Shown here one piece after another: positions 17,268-27,372 of a DNA stretch of 36,509 nt (position 1 is the stretch's first letter; every line of letters begins with the position of its first letter). The stretch lies in IMG/VR virus record IMGVR_UViG_3300049781_000118, positions 1-36,509 of that record; one strand, written 5' to 3'. The translations under genes and the position numbers were made by a program. Below the pieces are notes generated by a model that was not told where the DNA came from, ran no database searches, and saw only the letters and a list, made by a program, of their open reading frames with translations. Source of the stretch: a virus (Duplodnaviria > Caudoviricetes).

Positions 17268-18112
17268 TAGCTCTTAGGCACCCGCAGCTTCGCCCAGGAA
17301 CCAGCACCAGGCCAGCCGTCAGCGTCGGACCCAGAGTAGCCAAGCTTGCGCTGGAACCAGGCATAGGCAGCCTTGTCGGCGTCAGTCCACTGCGGGCCAG
17401 GACCAGACTTGTAGCCCCGATAGCCTTCAGCGACCAGCCGGCGACCCATGGCCGTGATCAGCGGACTGCGCGGACTGCGCTTGAACCAGGCAGCACCAGG
17501 GAACGGGGCTAGTGCCACAGGCTTTGGCTTCGGAGCGCTGGGCTTAGGCGCAGGCGGAACTGTTCCGGCAGGCTTGTCAGCGGTCGCAACGTAGGTGTAG
17601 CCGGCCTTACCCTTCAGCGCTGGGTCCGCAGTGACGATGCCCTCAGGGAAGGCCGGCAGGCCATAGCCGTAGACGCGAGAGGACCGACGCGCATGCTTCA
17701 GCGAGTAGACACCATCGCCCTGCGCAGAGCCGTTCTCGTTCGTGTTGCCTTCCACGGTCCAGATGTAGTCAGCGTCGTACTTCCAGACACGACCGACATG
17801 AGTACCGCCGTTGGCGCCGAAGAACACCTGAGCACCGATCGCCGGATACTCGCTGAAGCGACCACGCTGCTTGAACCAGTCGCACGCCACACGACAGGAA
17901 GCAGTGCGAGGCTCATAAGAGGCGCTGCCACCCTTCAGCGCAAGCCAGGACTGGAACGTCTGGCACCACGCCTGATAGTCGGACCACTCAAGGCCCGGCA
18001 CCTGCTCGCTGTACTTCTGGTCGTTGTTCCAGCTACCGGACGCAGCGCGCCCCTCATGGTAGCCAACCTCGCCATGCGCCAGGCTAAGTATCTTCGCCGC
18101 TACGGAAGTCAT
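17267..18112 (-). CDS. endolysin (CHAP domain plus peptidoglycan-binding domain)
   Basis: EVGYHE, AWCQTF, HVG, TVEGNT; Pro/Lys linker; FQRKLG...ADGWPG. ATG at 18112 with GGAG RBS. Confidence 0.9.
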   Translation of the reverse strand: MTSVAAKILSLAHGEVGYHEGRAASGSWNNDQKYSEQVPGLEWSDYQAWCQTFQSWLALKGGSASYEPRTASCRVACDWFKQRGRFSEYPAIGAQVFFGANGGTHVGRVWKYDADYIWTVEGNTNENGSAQGDGVYSLKHARRSSRVYGYGLPAFPEGIVTADPALKGKAGYTYVATADKPAGTVPPAPKPSAPKPKPVALAPFPGAAWFKRSPRSPLITAMGRRLVAEGYRGYKSGPGPQWTDADKAAYAWFQRKLGYSGSDADGWPGAGSWAKLRVPKS

Positions 18113-18196
18113 GGGTCTCCAATCTGGTGGTCCGGGCAGACCACACACGGTAGGTAGCGAGTGGATTGCCCGGACCACGTACGAAAGTCGTAGGTG

Positions 18197-19801
18197 CTAG
18201 CTGATCAGGTTGTCCCCCGGCGACGTAGTCCCACCACCGAAGCTGTAAGACGTAGTCCCTGGGATAGAGACTGCCGTGGCGGCGGACCAGCCGTTACCGG
18301 TCAGGTCATTGTTGGCCACCGTGCCGCCTGTCGCTGCGGCATCACCAGTGATCCCGTTCGTCGATGTGCCCTTGACGATCCGGTTGTTGGTCACCATGCC
18401 ATCAGTGGCGCCGGATCCCAGCCGAATGCCTACGGCAGCAGCGTTGTTCGTCCGATTGCCAGTCACCAGGAAGTCATTCGACGTGCCAATGAAGATGCAG
18501 TGATTCGTTGTGGTTCCGTCGACGTTGTTGCCGCTAATCGTTGTGCCAGTCGAGTTGCTGACGTTGATCCCGTTACTTGCACTGCTACGGACCGTGTTAC
18601 CGGTGACCGTGCCACCGTCAGAGTTCAGGTTGTAGACGCCAGTCGACCCCATGGCGCTGACGCTGTTCGCCGTGACCACAGGGCGCGAGCAGTACTCGAC
18701 ATGGATCCCGTTCGCCGTGTCAGCGGCATTGCCCAGGATCGAGTTTCCGGAGATCACTACCTGATCGGCTGTCGCACCGCTGTAGCCCTGTACGCGGATA
18801 CCTGAGTCCGTGGCCGGCCGCTCAATCGTGTTGCCAGTGATCGAGATATTCCGGCTAGTCGCCGAGTAGCCAGCGCTGGAGGGGTTCGGGACAGTGAGAT
18901 GGATCCCGCTGTAGCCAGTGCCATTAATGACGTTGTTCGCAATGGTCACGCGCCGCCAGCCGTAGCCGTAAATGCCCTGCTGTAGCGTGCCCTCGATCCT
19001 GTTGTTGACGATCTGGATTCCGTAGTAATACTTGCCAGACGCCAGCGTGTGAGATCCGACAGCGCGACCGAACTTGCCGCAACGCTTAGACACACCGAAG
19101 TAGCAACCATCGATCAGGATATTCGCGCTGGGGGTGCTGTCGAAGGTGCCGATACTGCTGCTGCCGCTCACGCTGATGTCAATCTGGATTGCCTCACTGA
19201 ACTGACGCGAGCTGTCACCAGAGTTGTCGGCGTATCCAAGGAACGCGCAGTTGAGTGCCTGGCAGTTCTGTGAAGAGTTGAACTCCAGCGCATGCGCGGT
19301 CGACGTATTCAGAATGGTCACGTCTCGCACTGTGATGTCATGGCCGTGTACGAAGTTCATGACGTCGGTTTCAGCGGTGACGCTGCCAGTTGTGCCGTTG
19401 AACGCGTTGCCATCCCAGTAGCCGCCCAGGACGGTAATGTTTCCGTGGCCCTCGTACGCGTTGAACACTTCGTCGCTGCGGAAATTCCGGAGCAGACCGC
19501 TGTTGCCAATGGCCTTGATCGTAGCCCCGTAGGCATAGATCGTTGTGTAGTCGTAGATGACGAGAAACGTCGACACTGCGTAGGTCTTTCCAGGGGTGAA
19601 CTGGACGAGTCCGCCCCCAGAATCCTGCGCATAGTCAAGCGCCGCCTGAATCGCCACGGTGTCATCAGCCGTACCGTCGCCCACTGCACCGAAAGTCTCA
19701 ACGTTGACAGTGGACGACGTATTCAGGCGCTCAAGCATGTACTGGAGTCGACCGCCTGTGATGTCCATTCCTGGGCGCCACATCTGAACGGGAGTAGACA
19801 A
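18197..19801 (-). CDS. tail spike / receptor-binding protein, right-handed beta-helix (pectate-lyase-like)
   Basis: VETFGAVGDGTADDTVAIQAAL and many I.GN.I repeats. Confidence 0.85.
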   Translation of the reverse strand: MSTPVQMWRPGMDITGGRLQYMLERLNTSSTVNVETFGAVGDGTADDTVAIQAALDYAQDSGGGLVQFTPGKTYAVSTFLVIYDYTTIYAYGATIKAIGNSGLLRNFRSDEVFNAYEGHGNITVLGGYWDGNAFNGTTGSVTAETDVMNFVHGHDITVRDVTILNTSTAHALEFNSSQNCQALNCAFLGYADNSGDSSRQFSEAIQIDISVSGSSSIGTFDSTPSANILIDGCYFGVSKRCGKFGRAVGSHTLASGKYYYGIQIVNNRIEGTLQQGIYGYGWRRVTIANNVINGTGYSGIHLTVPNPSSAGYSATSRNISITGNTIERPATDSGIRVQGYSGATADQVVISGNSILGNAADTANGIHVEYCSRPVVTANSVSAMGSTGVYNLNSDGGTVTGNTVRSSASNGINVSNSTGTTISGNNVDGTTTNHCIFIGTSNDFLVTGNRTNNAAAVGIRLGSGATDGMVTNNRIVKGTSTNGITGDAAATGGTVANNDLTGNGWSAATAVSIPGTTSYSFGGGTTSPGDNLIS

Positions 19802-19813
19802 GGCGGAGTCTCC

Positions 19814-22800
19814 TTAAAGCGAGGTGAATGCAGGGTTGGCGATGTTCACCGCCGCGCCAGCGGAATGTGACTTGACGACCCCGTTCACAGAGCGCGTCAC
19901 AGTGAACGTCTGCCAGTCGGCTACGGTGAAATCCTCGTAAGCCGCAGAAACGGGCAGGGTGTTCGTGTTAGTCGAGTTGAGCAGCGTGCGTACGCCGACA
20001 CTGCCCGGCTGAGTCAGCGAGGTGTCAGTGCCGGTCACCTGCCACGCTGCCGGCTCGGTAGTTCCGTCCTGCCATGCCTTGGCGCGCAGAGTGCTGCCGG
20101 TCACCTGAAAGCGAATCTTGAAAAATCGCCAAACAGCGTGAGTGCCGGGCACTGTTGCGCTGGCTAGGTCGACCTGCACGCCGGCCACGCGCCGCTGAAC
20201 GACGAGCGTCAACGTCTGGTTAGTGTTGAAGGCCAGCCGCCCGACATACAGATTGTTGTTGTCCAGGTACCGAGCGAAGATCGCAGCGAACTGCTGGCCA
20301 CCCGTAGCGAGGGCGCCTGTAGCGACAGTCGTAGTGATATCGACGTCAGCAGATGGAGCGGGCAGGTAGCACGTCCTGAACACGTTCCGCGAGGTCATTA
20401 CGTGCTTGCCCTCGCTGGTCGCAGTCTCTACGAAGTAGTCAGACGCAGCGCCGCCGTTGGTCGTCCAAGTACCGCCGTTGTCCGCAGCGCCCCAGCCTCC
20501 AGTGACATTGCGATTGAAGGTGTCGACCGTGCTTGCGCTCACTGCGCTCACGCTCATGACTTCGCCGGCTACACGCACGTCGTATGGCAGGTGCTCAGGC
20601 GCATCTGCCCACTGAGGGCCGGCCGTGGCCTTGACGCTCATGGTTGTCGCCGTGGTGGTCATCGCCTTACCGACGATCGATCCGTCAGTGTCCGCCTTGC
20701 CGTAGGTCTCGTGGTCGGTTACCGCTGTGTTCCACGGGCCGGCTGGCACGCAGTTGAGCGTCAGTTCCCAGCGGTAGAGATCGAGTGACTCGGACCAGCC
20801 GACTACGATCAGGTCTACGTCATCGTGTGACAGCCACTCAGGCAGGTTGGTCAGCCGAATGAGATCACCCTCACGCAGCGCCAGAACGCCAGGGACTAGC
20901 GACTCAGCGCCAGGCTTGTGCAGGATCAGCGTCACTGTCGGGAATCGCGCTGCGTCCCATGTGCCGTGGAACAACTTCCAGTAGGCAATCGGCGAGGCCT
21001 GGTCATCAGTGCCCAGGCTCAGCGTGAACGCAGCGTCATACTTGCCGATTCCAGCGGGTGGCGCCTGCACGCTCAGTGGACCAGAGGTCAGTACTGCGCG
21101 CCCAGAGCTGCCGCCATCGCGCGTAACTGTGACGTCGTTGGTTACGTCGGTGTCGTCGTCAACTGGCTCTAGATCTGGGCCAAGTCCTGGCGCGGTGTAT
21201 GACAGCGTGAGGCGGGGTTCCTGCGTGTACATGCTGGAACGGTCTCGGTAATGCAGGGCTACGCGCCGCATGTCCTCGCTGAGTAGTCCCCCATCAGCAG
21301 CCGCAGCCGATTCGAAGAGATTCAGCAGGGTGTCCGGACGCTGATAGCCGACAGCCTCAGGGGTCAGCGGGCCAGGCGTGCGGCTGAAGGGCAAGCCTTC
21401 CTCGGTAGCTAGGCGGATCATGCGCTGTAGGTTGGTCTCACCAAGGTAGGCATCGTCGGAACCATCAATCAGCGTGTTGTTGGCGCTGTCGAGAACGAAG
21501 ATGTGCCCGACTCCCCATCCAGCGGTAGCCGGCCCCCAGTCGCCGATCACGCTGCTGACGCTTCCGCAGGTTCCAGTTGCGACAGTCTTGGTTAGCCCAC
21601 CCGCTTCGCCGCCGATATCCTGCCAACTGATTCGCCAGGTGAAACCGACGCCGTCAGCATCGTTCTGAGCCCAGAAGCGCAGGCGAGTCCACCCGTTGAA
21701 TACGTCAGCGCCGACCGTAACGCCCTGTAGGACTTGGCGAACGTTGCCAGCGTCATAGCCGTGGACGACTGCAGTTCCCTGGCGCATAGTGATGTTCCAG
21801 CGCCGGATATACCCATCAGCGGAAGTGATGCTGATTACGTTTGCGTCGGCCACTGGCGCGATGTTGTCCGCGTTATAGACGAACTCCACCTGCCAGGCAC
21901 CAGGCTTCGCCGCTGGGACTGGACCGACGAAAGCAGCGGACTCCTGTAGTTTCGGCAGGGGTGAGCTGGAAGGCAGCGTGTCCCATGCCGCCCACTCGAC
22001 GCCGGTCATGCTCGCTGGGAACACTCCCGATATCGGCGAGTAGGCCCGAGTCGCATCCTGGGATTCCTCCAGCGGCCAATAGGCGACAGGGTTGCCCGAT
22101 GGAATGCGGCGCCGCAGCGAAGAGTCAAGTGCCTTGGCACCCTGGCCGAGTCGGCGCATGAGGCCGTTGGCCTGAATTGGAGTCCATACGTCGCTGTCGT
22201 CAGTCGACCACTTGAGGGGCCACGTAGACACCTCGCCGACAAACCGATCTTCGCGATCACGGATTTCCGCATTACCGGACAGCGCCCAGACATTGCCCTG
22301 CGCGTCGGTCACGCCGGTTGACTTGTCTGCCAGCGCACGGAAGTCAGGCGACGCGATGACCGTTCCGCCGATGCCGTTGCGCACCTCAGCGCGATAGACA
22401 CGGCCAATCAGTGGGTAGCGAGGGCGCTTGCCTGGGTCGTCGATTCGCCGGTCAGTGATGCCAATCTGTAGCGGCGCGTTGCTGGCGAACATCGTGTTGA
22501 ACGCACCAGCGATTTCTAGCGGCCGGCCAATCAGGTTCCATGTGCCGGACAGCGAATCAGACCAGTAATAGGTGACAGTCGCGCCGCCCTTGCCATTGTC
22601 GATGTCCAGAGTCGCGCGCAGGGCAGCGCGGGCAGGTAGCTCGGGCACGGGCCATCCGAAGTAGTACGCGCTGGCAGTCTGGCCGTTCTGGGTGTAGCGG
22701 AAGTACAGGATCGGCCGGCCGTTCTCGGGAACCATCTGGAATGCCCACGACTGCTGACTGTTGGCGTTGTCCCACTTACCAATGAGCATCTGGCTTTCAG

Positions 22801-23179
22801 GGCTATACCAATTTCCCTCCAGCTCAATGCGAACGTCGATGTCACCAGTCGTGTCTAGCAGCGCCTTGTCAGCAGTGTACGCATAGCCGTCTGGCGAACC
22901 ATCGAGCTGAAGGTAGCTGTCACCCGTGCCCGGAATGGACATGCGAAGCTGTGTATTCTGCTTCAGCTTGCCGAACAGAGGACTCATGGCGTTGCGCCGC
23001 GAGTACTTTCCGCCCTTGTTGTTCAGCGTCAGCGACAGCGAGGAAGGGTCAGCCGTCGAGCCCATATCCCGCAGTCCCCTACTGATCTGCTTCAGGTCGC
23101 GCACGTATACGTCCGGACTCACGTCCGTCCAGGCGCCGCCTAGGTTCAGTTCAGTGCGGATGTCTAGCGGAAAGCTCAC
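19814..23179 (-). CDS. large minor tail protein (1121 aa) with LamG/concanavalin-like segments
   Basis: Directly follows the tape measure gene; PVAYWPLEE; beta-rich, Trp/Thr-rich. Confidence 0.8.
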   Translation of the reverse strand: MSFPLDIRTELNLGGAWTDVSPDVYVRDLKQISRGLRDMGSTADPSSLSLTLNNKGGKYSRRNAMSPLFGKLKQNTQLRMSIPGTGDSYLQLDGSPDGYAYTADKALLDTTGDIDVRIELEGNWYSPESQMLIGKWDNANSQQSWAFQMVPENGRPILYFRYTQNGQTASAYYFGWPVPELPARAALRATLDIDNGKGGATVTYYWSDSLSGTWNLIGRPLEIAGAFNTMFASNAPLQIGITDRRIDDPGKRPRYPLIGRVYRAEVRNGIGGTVIASPDFRALADKSTGVTDAQGNVWALSGNAEIRDREDRFVGEVSTWPLKWSTDDSDVWTPIQANGLMRRLGQGAKALDSSLRRRIPSGNPVAYWPLEESQDATRAYSPISGVFPASMTGVEWAAWDTLPSSSPLPKLQESAAFVGPVPAAKPGAWQVEFVYNADNIAPVADANVISITSADGYIRRWNITMRQGTAVVHGYDAGNVRQVLQGVTVGADVFNGWTRLRFWAQNDADGVGFTWRISWQDIGGEAGGLTKTVATGTCGSVSSVIGDWGPATAGWGVGHIFVLDSANNTLIDGSDDAYLGETNLQRMIRLATEEGLPFSRTPGPLTPEAVGYQRPDTLLNLFESAAAADGGLLSEDMRRVALHYRDRSSMYTQEPRLTLSYTAPGLGPDLEPVDDDTDVTNDVTVTRDGGSSGRAVLTSGPLSVQAPPAGIGKYDAAFTLSLGTDDQASPIAYWKLFHGTWDAARFPTVTLILHKPGAESLVPGVLALREGDLIRLTNLPEWLSHDDVDLIVVGWSESLDLYRWELTLNCVPAGPWNTAVTDHETYGKADTDGSIVGKAMTTTATTMSVKATAGPQWADAPEHLPYDVRVAGEVMSVSAVSASTVDTFNRNVTGGWGAADNGGTWTTNGGAASDYFVETATSEGKHVMTSRNVFRTCYLPAPSADVDITTTVATGALATGGQQFAAIFARYLDNNNLYVGRLAFNTNQTLTLVVQRRVAGVQVDLASATVPGTHAVWRFFKIRFQVTGSTLRAKAWQDGTTEPAAWQVTGTDTSLTQPGSVGVRTLLNSTNTNTLPVSAAYEDFTVADWQTFTVTRSVNGVVKSHSAGAAVNIANPAFTSL

Positions 23180-23194
23180 GGCTGACCCCTTCTC

Positions 23195-25120
23195 TTATCG
23201 GCCAAACGCCGTCTGTACGTCTCCCCGACCATCGTTCTTGACGATTCGCCGGATGAGTCGCTTCATGTCTTCATCAGCGCCAGTGACGTCAAATGTGACC
23301 GTCTGTGAGTTGCGCATCGCTGCGTTGACTACACCCTTGGGGCTGACGTCCATAGCCATTCCGGGCAGGTCGCCAGTCAGGCCTTGCAGCCTCTTGCGCA
23401 CCTGCGGAATCTGGTCTTCGAGTCCGCGCACAAATCCGCCGATCACCATTCGGCCGTTAGGCGTCAGAATCTTGCGGTCGAGTGGCGCCGGACCCTTCCA
23501 GCTAGTCAGCTTGCTGGTTAGCCCGCCAAGGGTGGACTTCACAGAGCCGACCATGGACTTGATACCGTTGATGAATCCCTGAATCAGAGACTTACCGGCG
23601 CCCAGCAGCATGCCGCCGAGGGAGCCCAGCGCAGCGCGAGCCTTGCCGGGCAGGGACTTGACCCAGCCGATCGCCTCATTGCCCTTGTTCTTCAGCGCTG
23701 TGACCAACTTGACGCCGGCCTCAAGGGCAACTGCGCCCAACTTGGCAGCCATCGGCTTTATCGCAGCCCATAGCTTGCCGGGTAGCTCGGTAAAGATGCG
23801 CTTGATGAAGTCGGCTGCGTTCTTTAGCGCTGTCTTGGCCAACTCCAGTGCTCCGCTGAAGTCGCCTCTTAGCAGCGCAGCGATAGCCTGAACGGCCGGA
23901 ACCACTACGCTGGTGATGAACTCAGCTAGGTAATCGGCCAGGATCGTTGCCAGCTTCGCCACAAGGGCGATAATCGGCGTCAAGATCGGCACAAGCGCCT
24001 GAACAACCTGCCCAAGGGCGTTGAACAGAGGCACCAGCGCTGTCAGGATCGGCACGAATACCGGCAGCAGCGCCACTACTAGCTGACTGATCGGCGGAAG
24101 CAGCGGCATAAGCGCCTGAACCAGCGCCAGGAAGGCATCAGCCAGGGCATCAAGCACAGGCCCGAGTGCCGTGATGATCGGCATGAGGGCAGCGCCCAGC
24201 GTACGAATCACAGGGGCAAACCCGGCCAGCAGCTTCGTAAGGATCGGGCCGGCGACCGCGAGCATCTGACCCATGAGCTGACCGAGAATCGGCAGAATCG
24301 TTCCGATCACACCGAACAGACCGTCAAAGACTCCTGCCGCAGCGCCAATGCCGCCCGAGAGACCCTGTAGGAATCCGCCGATCCCGTCGCCCAGAGTGCC
24401 GAGACCAACGCTCAGGGACTCAACTAGCGGCTGCGCCTTTTCCATGATCGGGACGAAGCCAGAAACGAGTCCCTTGACCAGATTCCCGACACCTTCAACT
24501 AGCGGCTGAATCATCGGGGCCGCAGCTTCGAACATCTTGCCAAGCTGCGGGGCAATGTCGTCAAACACACCCTGCATCTGCTTAGCAGCTTCAGCGAGCG
24601 GCTTGACGAGCGGCTGCGCAAGCGTCTGCATCGTCTTGGTGACGTGATCCTTCAGCCCGCTAAACGCAGTCTTGACCTGCTCACTTTGGGCCGCAGCCAT
24701 GACCCCCATACCGGCAATGGCCAGGGGAACGGCAGCCATGACACCAGCAGCGCCGACAGCGCCGACGCTCATGACCTTCATTGAGGTCGTCAGCCCGCCA
24801 AGCACCGTTTGTCCGGCCGAGCCCATGGCCCGTAGCCCGCCACCCATGCCCTGCCGAGCAATTTGCCCGACACCCCTCAGCGCCTGCCCGATGCCGCCCA
24901 GTGCGTCACGCATTCGCTGGCCGTTTGTCATCATGGCGTGCGCAGATGAAAGAACCCGGCCGTCAAGGCTGCGCCAGTTCCCGTCTGCATCCTGAGTCAT
25001 GCCTGCCGTTGTGGTACCGACAGCCCGGATGGCGGATGTTGCCCGTCGGGCGCCTGCCGCTAGTCGGTCAGTGTCAATGCCAAGCTGAACTGTGAGAGAT
25101 GCCAGCGTGGCCACAGTCAC
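23195..25120 (-). CDS. tape measure protein
   Basis: Ala/Gly/Leu-rich helical repeats; follows the chaperone frameshift pair. Confidence 0.9.
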   Translation of the reverse strand: MTVATLASLTVQLGIDTDRLAAGARRATSAIRAVGTTTAGMTQDADGNWRSLDGRVLSSAHAMMTNGQRMRDALGGIGQALRGVGQIARQGMGGGLRAMGSAGQTVLGGLTTSMKVMSVGAVGAAGVMAAVPLAIAGMGVMAAAQSEQVKTAFSGLKDHVTKTMQTLAQPLVKPLAEAAKQMQGVFDDIAPQLGKMFEAAAPMIQPLVEGVGNLVKGLVSGFVPIMEKAQPLVESLSVGLGTLGDGIGGFLQGLSGGIGAAAGVFDGLFGVIGTILPILGQLMGQMLAVAGPILTKLLAGFAPVIRTLGAALMPIITALGPVLDALADAFLALVQALMPLLPPISQLVVALLPVFVPILTALVPLFNALGQVVQALVPILTPIIALVAKLATILADYLAEFITSVVVPAVQAIAALLRGDFSGALELAKTALKNAADFIKRIFTELPGKLWAAIKPMAAKLGAVALEAGVKLVTALKNKGNEAIGWVKSLPGKARAALGSLGGMLLGAGKSLIQGFINGIKSMVGSVKSTLGGLTSKLTSWKGPAPLDRKILTPNGRMVIGGFVRGLEDQIPQVRKRLQGLTGDLPGMAMDVSPKGVVNAAMRNSQTVTFDVTGADEDMKRLIRRIVKNDGRGDVQTAFGR

Positions 25121-25479
25121 TCACCTCCTACGACTTTCGTATGTGGTCGGTAGCTGCCGCCCAGAGCAGTGTTGGCCTTGATGACGTCCTGCCAGATCTC
25201 CTCAGCCGACTTGCGGCGCCGGAACCATGTGGGCAGGAAGTCTGAGACCTTCGCTTTGCGCTTGCCTCCAGCGGAATTTGACACAGTGGCAGCGACGATG
25301 CCCGCTGAAATGTCGCCGCGTAGGCGCTCATCAAGGGGGCCGGTGATCTTTTCGTAAGCCATCCATTCGGTTAGCTCACGAGAGGACATGCCGGCCAACA
25401 TCGCTGCCACTGAGGGCGCCTTCAGAAAGGCTGCAAGGCGGAAGTAGAACTGTCGCTCTGGGCGGTCCGTCAGTTTCCC
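25117..25479 (-). CDS. tail assembly chaperone, -1 frameshift extension (gpGT-like)
   Basis: The -1 frame from GGGAAAC is open: KLTDRPERQFYFRLA...MSSRELTEWMAY. Confidence 0.85.
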   Translation of the reverse strand, partial: GKLTDRPERQFYFRLAAFLKAPSVAAMLAGMSSRELTEWMAYEKITGPLDERLRGDISAGIVAATVSNSAGGKRKAKVSDFLPTWFRRRKSAEEIWQDVIKANTALGGSYRPHTKVVGGE

Positions 25480-25838
25480 GTTAGCTCTTCCACGTCGCTG
25501 TCGCTCAGACCGGACAGACGGGACGCAACCTCAACCACGCGGGTAAGCGCCTGGGCGCTCTTCTGGCCGAGCCGCTTCACGACAGCGTCACCCTGAAAGA
25601 GGCGCTTGCCAGACTCATCAACGATGCACGCAGCAGCGAGACGAGCCCGGTACATGTCCATGGCGCGATCCTTGTCAACGCCGTTCATCTGCTTGTTGAG
25701 CATCGCAGCTTCGAACTTGTCGCGCTCAGTGCCGTTCATGCCCTGCACCAGCACGCTGCCGCCCCACTCAGGGACGTCGACCGGCTCACGCAGCAGGTCA
25801 TCGGCGCCAAGGATCTCATCAGCGGATAGGTAGTCCAT
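25470..25838 (-). CDS. tail assembly chaperone (gpG-like)
   Basis: VDVPEWGGSV; ends LTGN at slippery G GGA AAC TGA. Confidence 0.9.
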   Translation of the reverse strand: MDYLSADEILGADDLLREPVDVPEWGGSVLVQGMNGTERDKFEAAMLNKQMNGVDKDRAMDMYRARLAAACIVDESGKRLFQGDAVVKRLGQKSAQALTRVVEVASRLSGLSDSDVEELTGN

Positions 25839-25841
25839 GCG

Positions 25842-26264
25842 TCACGCCCCCTCAGTGATGACCGGCTTACCGGAAACCTTGAACTTCAGCTCAGCAGACA
25901 GCTTGTCGTCTACCGGCGCTTCCTGGCTGAATCCGGTGAGGATCAGCTTGAGGTCCCACTGGCCGATGCTCTGCGGGAAGACCATCTGATAGCTGCGTGG
26001 CTTCGTGTCCTCGAAGTCAGCAACCAGGACATCGTGAACTCGCGGATCATAATTCAGGTTGATGGACACCTCGCCGGCATCCTTCAGGCCACCAATGAAC
26101 TCGCGCCAGCCGTCGACAGAGTCATGCGCTGTAACGTCGTACGTCTCGCGCTCAATCTCGGGGCCGTTCACACCGGTCACCTTGCCGATTGCGACGAACG
26201 CCTCAGTTGGGGTCACCCCGTCACCTCGCTTCAGCGCAATGCCGAATGCGTCAAGTCCGCTCAT
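25842..26264 (-). CDS. major tail (tube) protein
   Basis: DVTAHDS..GWREFIGGLKDAGEV; FKVSGKP. Confidence 0.9.
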   Translation of the reverse strand: MSGLDAFGIALKRGDGVTPTEAFVAIGKVTGVNGPEIERETYDVTAHDSVDGWREFIGGLKDAGEVSINLNYDPRVHDVLVADFEDTKPRSYQMVFPQSIGQWDLKLILTGFSQEAPVDDKLSAELKFKVSGKPVITEGA

Positions 26265-26268
26265 GCTG

Positions 26269-26664
26269 TTACTCCTTGGTCATGTTGATTCGGTACTGCG
26301 CGTTTATGTGCCGGATGGCGGGGTCTGGATCTTCGATCGTCTGGTGCTGGTCATGCTTTATGCGCACCTCGCTGAATCCGGCCACAGACAGTGCGACCCG
26401 ATCTAGAGCGGAATCGACAGCGGCAAACAGGTCGTATAGCGCGCCGTTCCCTGGCCCCTTGGACCAGATGTGCAGCGTGGCCAGGCTTTCTAGTCCCTGT
26501 GCGTCATGCGTATCATCCGGCAGTTCGAGGATTGAGCCGAGGGTGACGTATGGAAAGGGCGCAGCCTCAGGGGGCCGGCTGTCGTACACGCGGCCAGCGA
26601 GGGCGGGAACAGCATTCAGCCGGGTGAACAGCGCAGTTTGCAGGGGGCGAAGCCCAGTAGCCAC
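26269..26664 (-). CDS. tail terminator / completion protein
   Basis: RVYD..P....FPYVTLG; position before the tube gene. Confidence 0.8.
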   Translation of the reverse strand: MATGLRPLQTALFTRLNAVPALAGRVYDSRPPEAAPFPYVTLGSILELPDDTHDAQGLESLATLHIWSKGPGNGALYDLFAAVDSALDRVALSVAGFSEVRIKHDQHQTIEDPDPAIRHINAQYRINMTKE

Positions 26665-26667
26665 GGA

Positions 26668-27036
26668 TCACCACCTGCCAAAGTGTCTTGGTGCAGCACG
26701 GCGCATTGCCCGCTCACCGGATCGTCTGTGGATCTGCGTCGCCGGACCCATGAACGGCTGGGCTTGCATCTTCGATGTGCCCTTTTCCACGTAGTACGCG
26801 TACTTGCGCGTCTTACCAGGGGAAATCTGGACCCATGCCTTGCCTGAGCCGCTGTTCACCTTGGCCTCGATGCTGCGCTGAAGATCACCGGTGCGCTTCG
26901 GCGCCAGTTCCTTAGCTGTCTTTTCCAGCTCAGCGGACCACTCGCGCAGTGCCTCAGTTCGAGCCTCATTAGCCCGGCGAGGAAGTTGCAGTAAACGGGC
27001 GATCGCAGTACGCAGCCCGCGCACACTGCCGGCCAT
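26668..27036 (-). CDS. HK97 gp10-like neck protein
   Basis: APKRTGDLQRSI, YVEKGTSKMQAQPFM. Confidence 0.85.
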   Translation of the reverse strand: MAGSVRGLRTAIARLLQLPRRANEARTEALREWSAELEKTAKELAPKRTGDLQRSIEAKVNSGSGKAWVQISPGKTRKYAYYVEKGTSKMQAQPFMGPATQIHRRSGERAMRRAAPRHFGRW

Positions 27037-27039
27037 GGG

Positions 27040-27372
27040 TCAACCCTCCGTCTGTCGGAGCATGCAGTCAGCGCGCAGGTAGGTACCCGGCATGCTCGGC
27101 TGGTAGGTGGCCCGCACCTCAAAGACCTCAGAGCCTCGCCGCAGTTCATCGCCACGGCGTACGTCAGCGGATCCGGCGAGGTACACCACGTGCGAGAGAT
27201 CGGCGCCGTTCTGTGCTGCGATCACACGCTCAGCGGCAGAGGGCTGACTGAAGCGCGCACGGACAGCGCCGATACTCGCCCAATCAAGGTTCCAGCCACC
27301 CATACCGTCATCGCTGCGAAGCTGTCGCCACACCTCAGCGGAGCTATTCAGCAGGTGCCCAACGCGGCTCAT
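27040..27372 (-). CDS. head closure / head-tail stopper
   Basis: DDGMGG, DVRRGD; synteny. Confidence 0.75.
   Translation of the reverse strand: MSRVGHLLNSSAEVWRQLRSDDGMGGWNLDWASIGAVRARFSQPSAAERVIAAQNGADLSHVVYLAGSADVRRGDELRRGSEVFEVRATYQPSMPGTYLRADCMLRQTEG

Noticed and set aside
18113-18178. Longer N-terminus for the endolysin (similarly for TerL, portal, 12946..13443 and 9045..9335)
   Set aside because: The extensions run through promoter motifs or upstream genes, and downstream starts have better RBS or coupling.
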